64,000 nucleotides of DNA, taken from positions 496,001 to 560,000 of the forward strand of contig JAPETS010000014.1 of assembly GCA_026023565.1 (NCBI GenBank). Reading direction: 5' to 3'. The position numbers were made by a program, and so were the translations under genes. The notes beneath the pieces were generated by a model that did not search any database, had not been told where the DNA came from, and saw only the letters and a program-made list of their open reading frames with translations. This DNA comes from Cirrosporium novae-zelandiae. Taxonomy: Eukaryota. This document shows, piece by piece, positions 62,093-64,000 of the stretch; position 1 is the stretch's first letter; every line of letters starts with the position of its first letter.

Positions 62093-64000
62093 TTGAAGCA
62101 GCAAAATGCAAAGATGAGTTAGAAGGTTGTATAGTCGTGTACATATGTCTATCAATTGCTGAAGACCCAATTTTTTCAAGTCAGGCATAAAATGCCCGCT
62201 CTTGTGGATACTAAGTTTGCTTTGTTTACAGATAGTTGCCACCATCCACCCCCATTAAACCGTTTCCCTAAACTAGATGGGTTCTACCTCTAGCTTGAAC
62301 TCGCCGATCGGCCCTCTAGCCGAGAAACATAGCTAAGGCCACCCAAATACCAGATGCGATCTTTGAATTTGGGCTTGGATGTCCTCCAAATAATGCTACG
62401 ACGGGTATGCAGAGATTCCGACAAGCGTAATGACTATTCTAGCCCCTTTTTCGTTGCATCCAATTTCATACCAGTGAATCTATTTGCCTATCTTAAGAAT
62501 TTTTCATGTTTGTATTGCATATGCAATGTACGCTGTAACTATGCTTTAGAAAGTTTGTCTAGACTGGCTCCAGCAAACAGTTTTTGGTGAATATTTGGAC
62601 TTTGCAAGGAATGTTGGCTATCACATTCACTAGTTGCAGCCTTGGTTGTTGGTTATCTAGCTCTCTTTGTTCCCTCTACTTCCTTTCCTTTTTCTTCAGC
62701 ACCAAAAATCCACAAGTCATTAAGCCATCTAACCAGATCCATACTTCACGTTCCTTAGAAGGCTTATAAGTATCCTAGCTAGCCATGACTTGATATAGAA
62801 TTAATCAAAGGTAATGATATAATTTCTTCATTTAACTAGCCATATGAGTATACCCTATCATTATCGAATATTTATATATTAATCAAAGCAGATGATATTT
62901 CCTACCTAGGTATATTTTGAAGTCTCCCCCCCTTATTGTTTGCAGGTATTATTAACTATCCTCACAGCAGCAATGCAACATTCGTGCTTTTTCAATGCTA
63001 CAATTACCGTTTACTACAGGGGCTATTGATGTTGCCTCAGTCCTTCTTTGAATATCTACCTTAGACTTATTAGTTCAAACTTCCTCCTGCCATAGCTACG
63101 CAAGATCCATTACGAATAAAATAATCTAGATAATACTCAAGGTAGCCTACCACCACCATCGGAAAAGGAACAATTTTAACTCGGTCAAAGATTAAATAAG
63201 TACAAAGAAAATGAAAGACTGTATATTTAGAGCCCAGCTGAGAAGAGTCAACTTGGGGCCCCTTTTCCGAAAAGATCTTATACGAAGAACAAAGAACGAA
63301 AAACCTTGGGGATACGATGAAGATCGACAAGGTGAAGATGATAATTGGTGAAAAATAAAAGAACTATAACCTTCCTCATTACCTATATACTGTACAGTAC
63401 GTCGAGGGCAACTGATATTAAAACATTTGTTTCTGGCTGACTTCAAGCTTGTCTCTACCAACCTAGATTCTGGAGATAGATGTGCCTCGTCCTTCTCAGA
63501 AGAAAAGAAAACGTCTGAGAAATACTTCATCTGATAGGCCATATCCCCTTCTGAATCTGATAGATAGTCTACCCCTCCCAAGGCAATCGTGGTCTCAAAA
63601 AACCCTACGGTCTACTAGATACTTCAAAAGGTACATGGTCCTAGATAATTACACATCTACAAAAACAACCGAAAAAAGTTGTTGTCTCATTCTGAGGGAA
63701 CAAACCTATTGTATATTGTACATCTTCGTCTCTAGCAAAATCCATCATTCTACATTTACATATACAAAAAAATCACAATCATCATCTTTTTTTCCTCGTT
63801 ATTCTTCTTCTTTATTCCTCATCAAACAAGCTCCACCACAATTCCTATCTCTAAAGCAAATCGGATTTTCTAATAATCATTAACACAAACACACTCACCC
63901 GAGCAAGCTAGTTATTTCTAACGATTCCAAACAAACAACTATAAACCTCTATTATTATTACATACCCATCTATTAGATATTATAATCCCAATCCTCCCCC

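Overview
Gene-dense, intron-containing nuclear DNA from a filamentous ascomycete (Pezizomycotina; Eurotiomycetes-like by protein sequence and intron style, which is an inference). I can support 21 protein-coding gene models, all from recognised motifs and hand-built exon joins, with no database search. Conserved housekeeping genes: Pal1, RPC40, a GT34 glycosyltransferase, CAP2, USB1, ERO1, a Kic1/Nak1-type kinase, TEL2, UBA3, ATP3, TOP1, an NAD-dependent epimerase and the complex I 49-kDa subunit. Accessory genes: a RidA-family protein, an intronless PF10014-like 2OG-Fe(II) dioxygenase with a divergent MFS transporter, a PTH11-like rhodopsin-domain protein, an SDR, a C2H2 + Zn2Cys6 transcription factor, a GPI-anchored Ser/Thr-rich protein, an 11-mer-repeat microprotein and two orphans. 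I found no tRNA, rRNA, CRISPR array or intact transposon. The most interesting unexplained signals are: (1) a ~1 kb non-coding block at 26.25-27.26 kb, between two convergent genes, with consistently nested helices, + strand G-U pairs and a possible pseudoknot, i.e. an unidentified large structured RNA candidate; (2) a second self-complementary GC-rich island at 3.2-4.0 kb, also between convergent genes; (3) a dioxygenase-transporter-SDR island resembling bacterial amino-acid hydroxylation/export modules; (4) a kinase with a 289-codon Met-free in-frame N-terminal extension and tandemly amplified WxF motifs.
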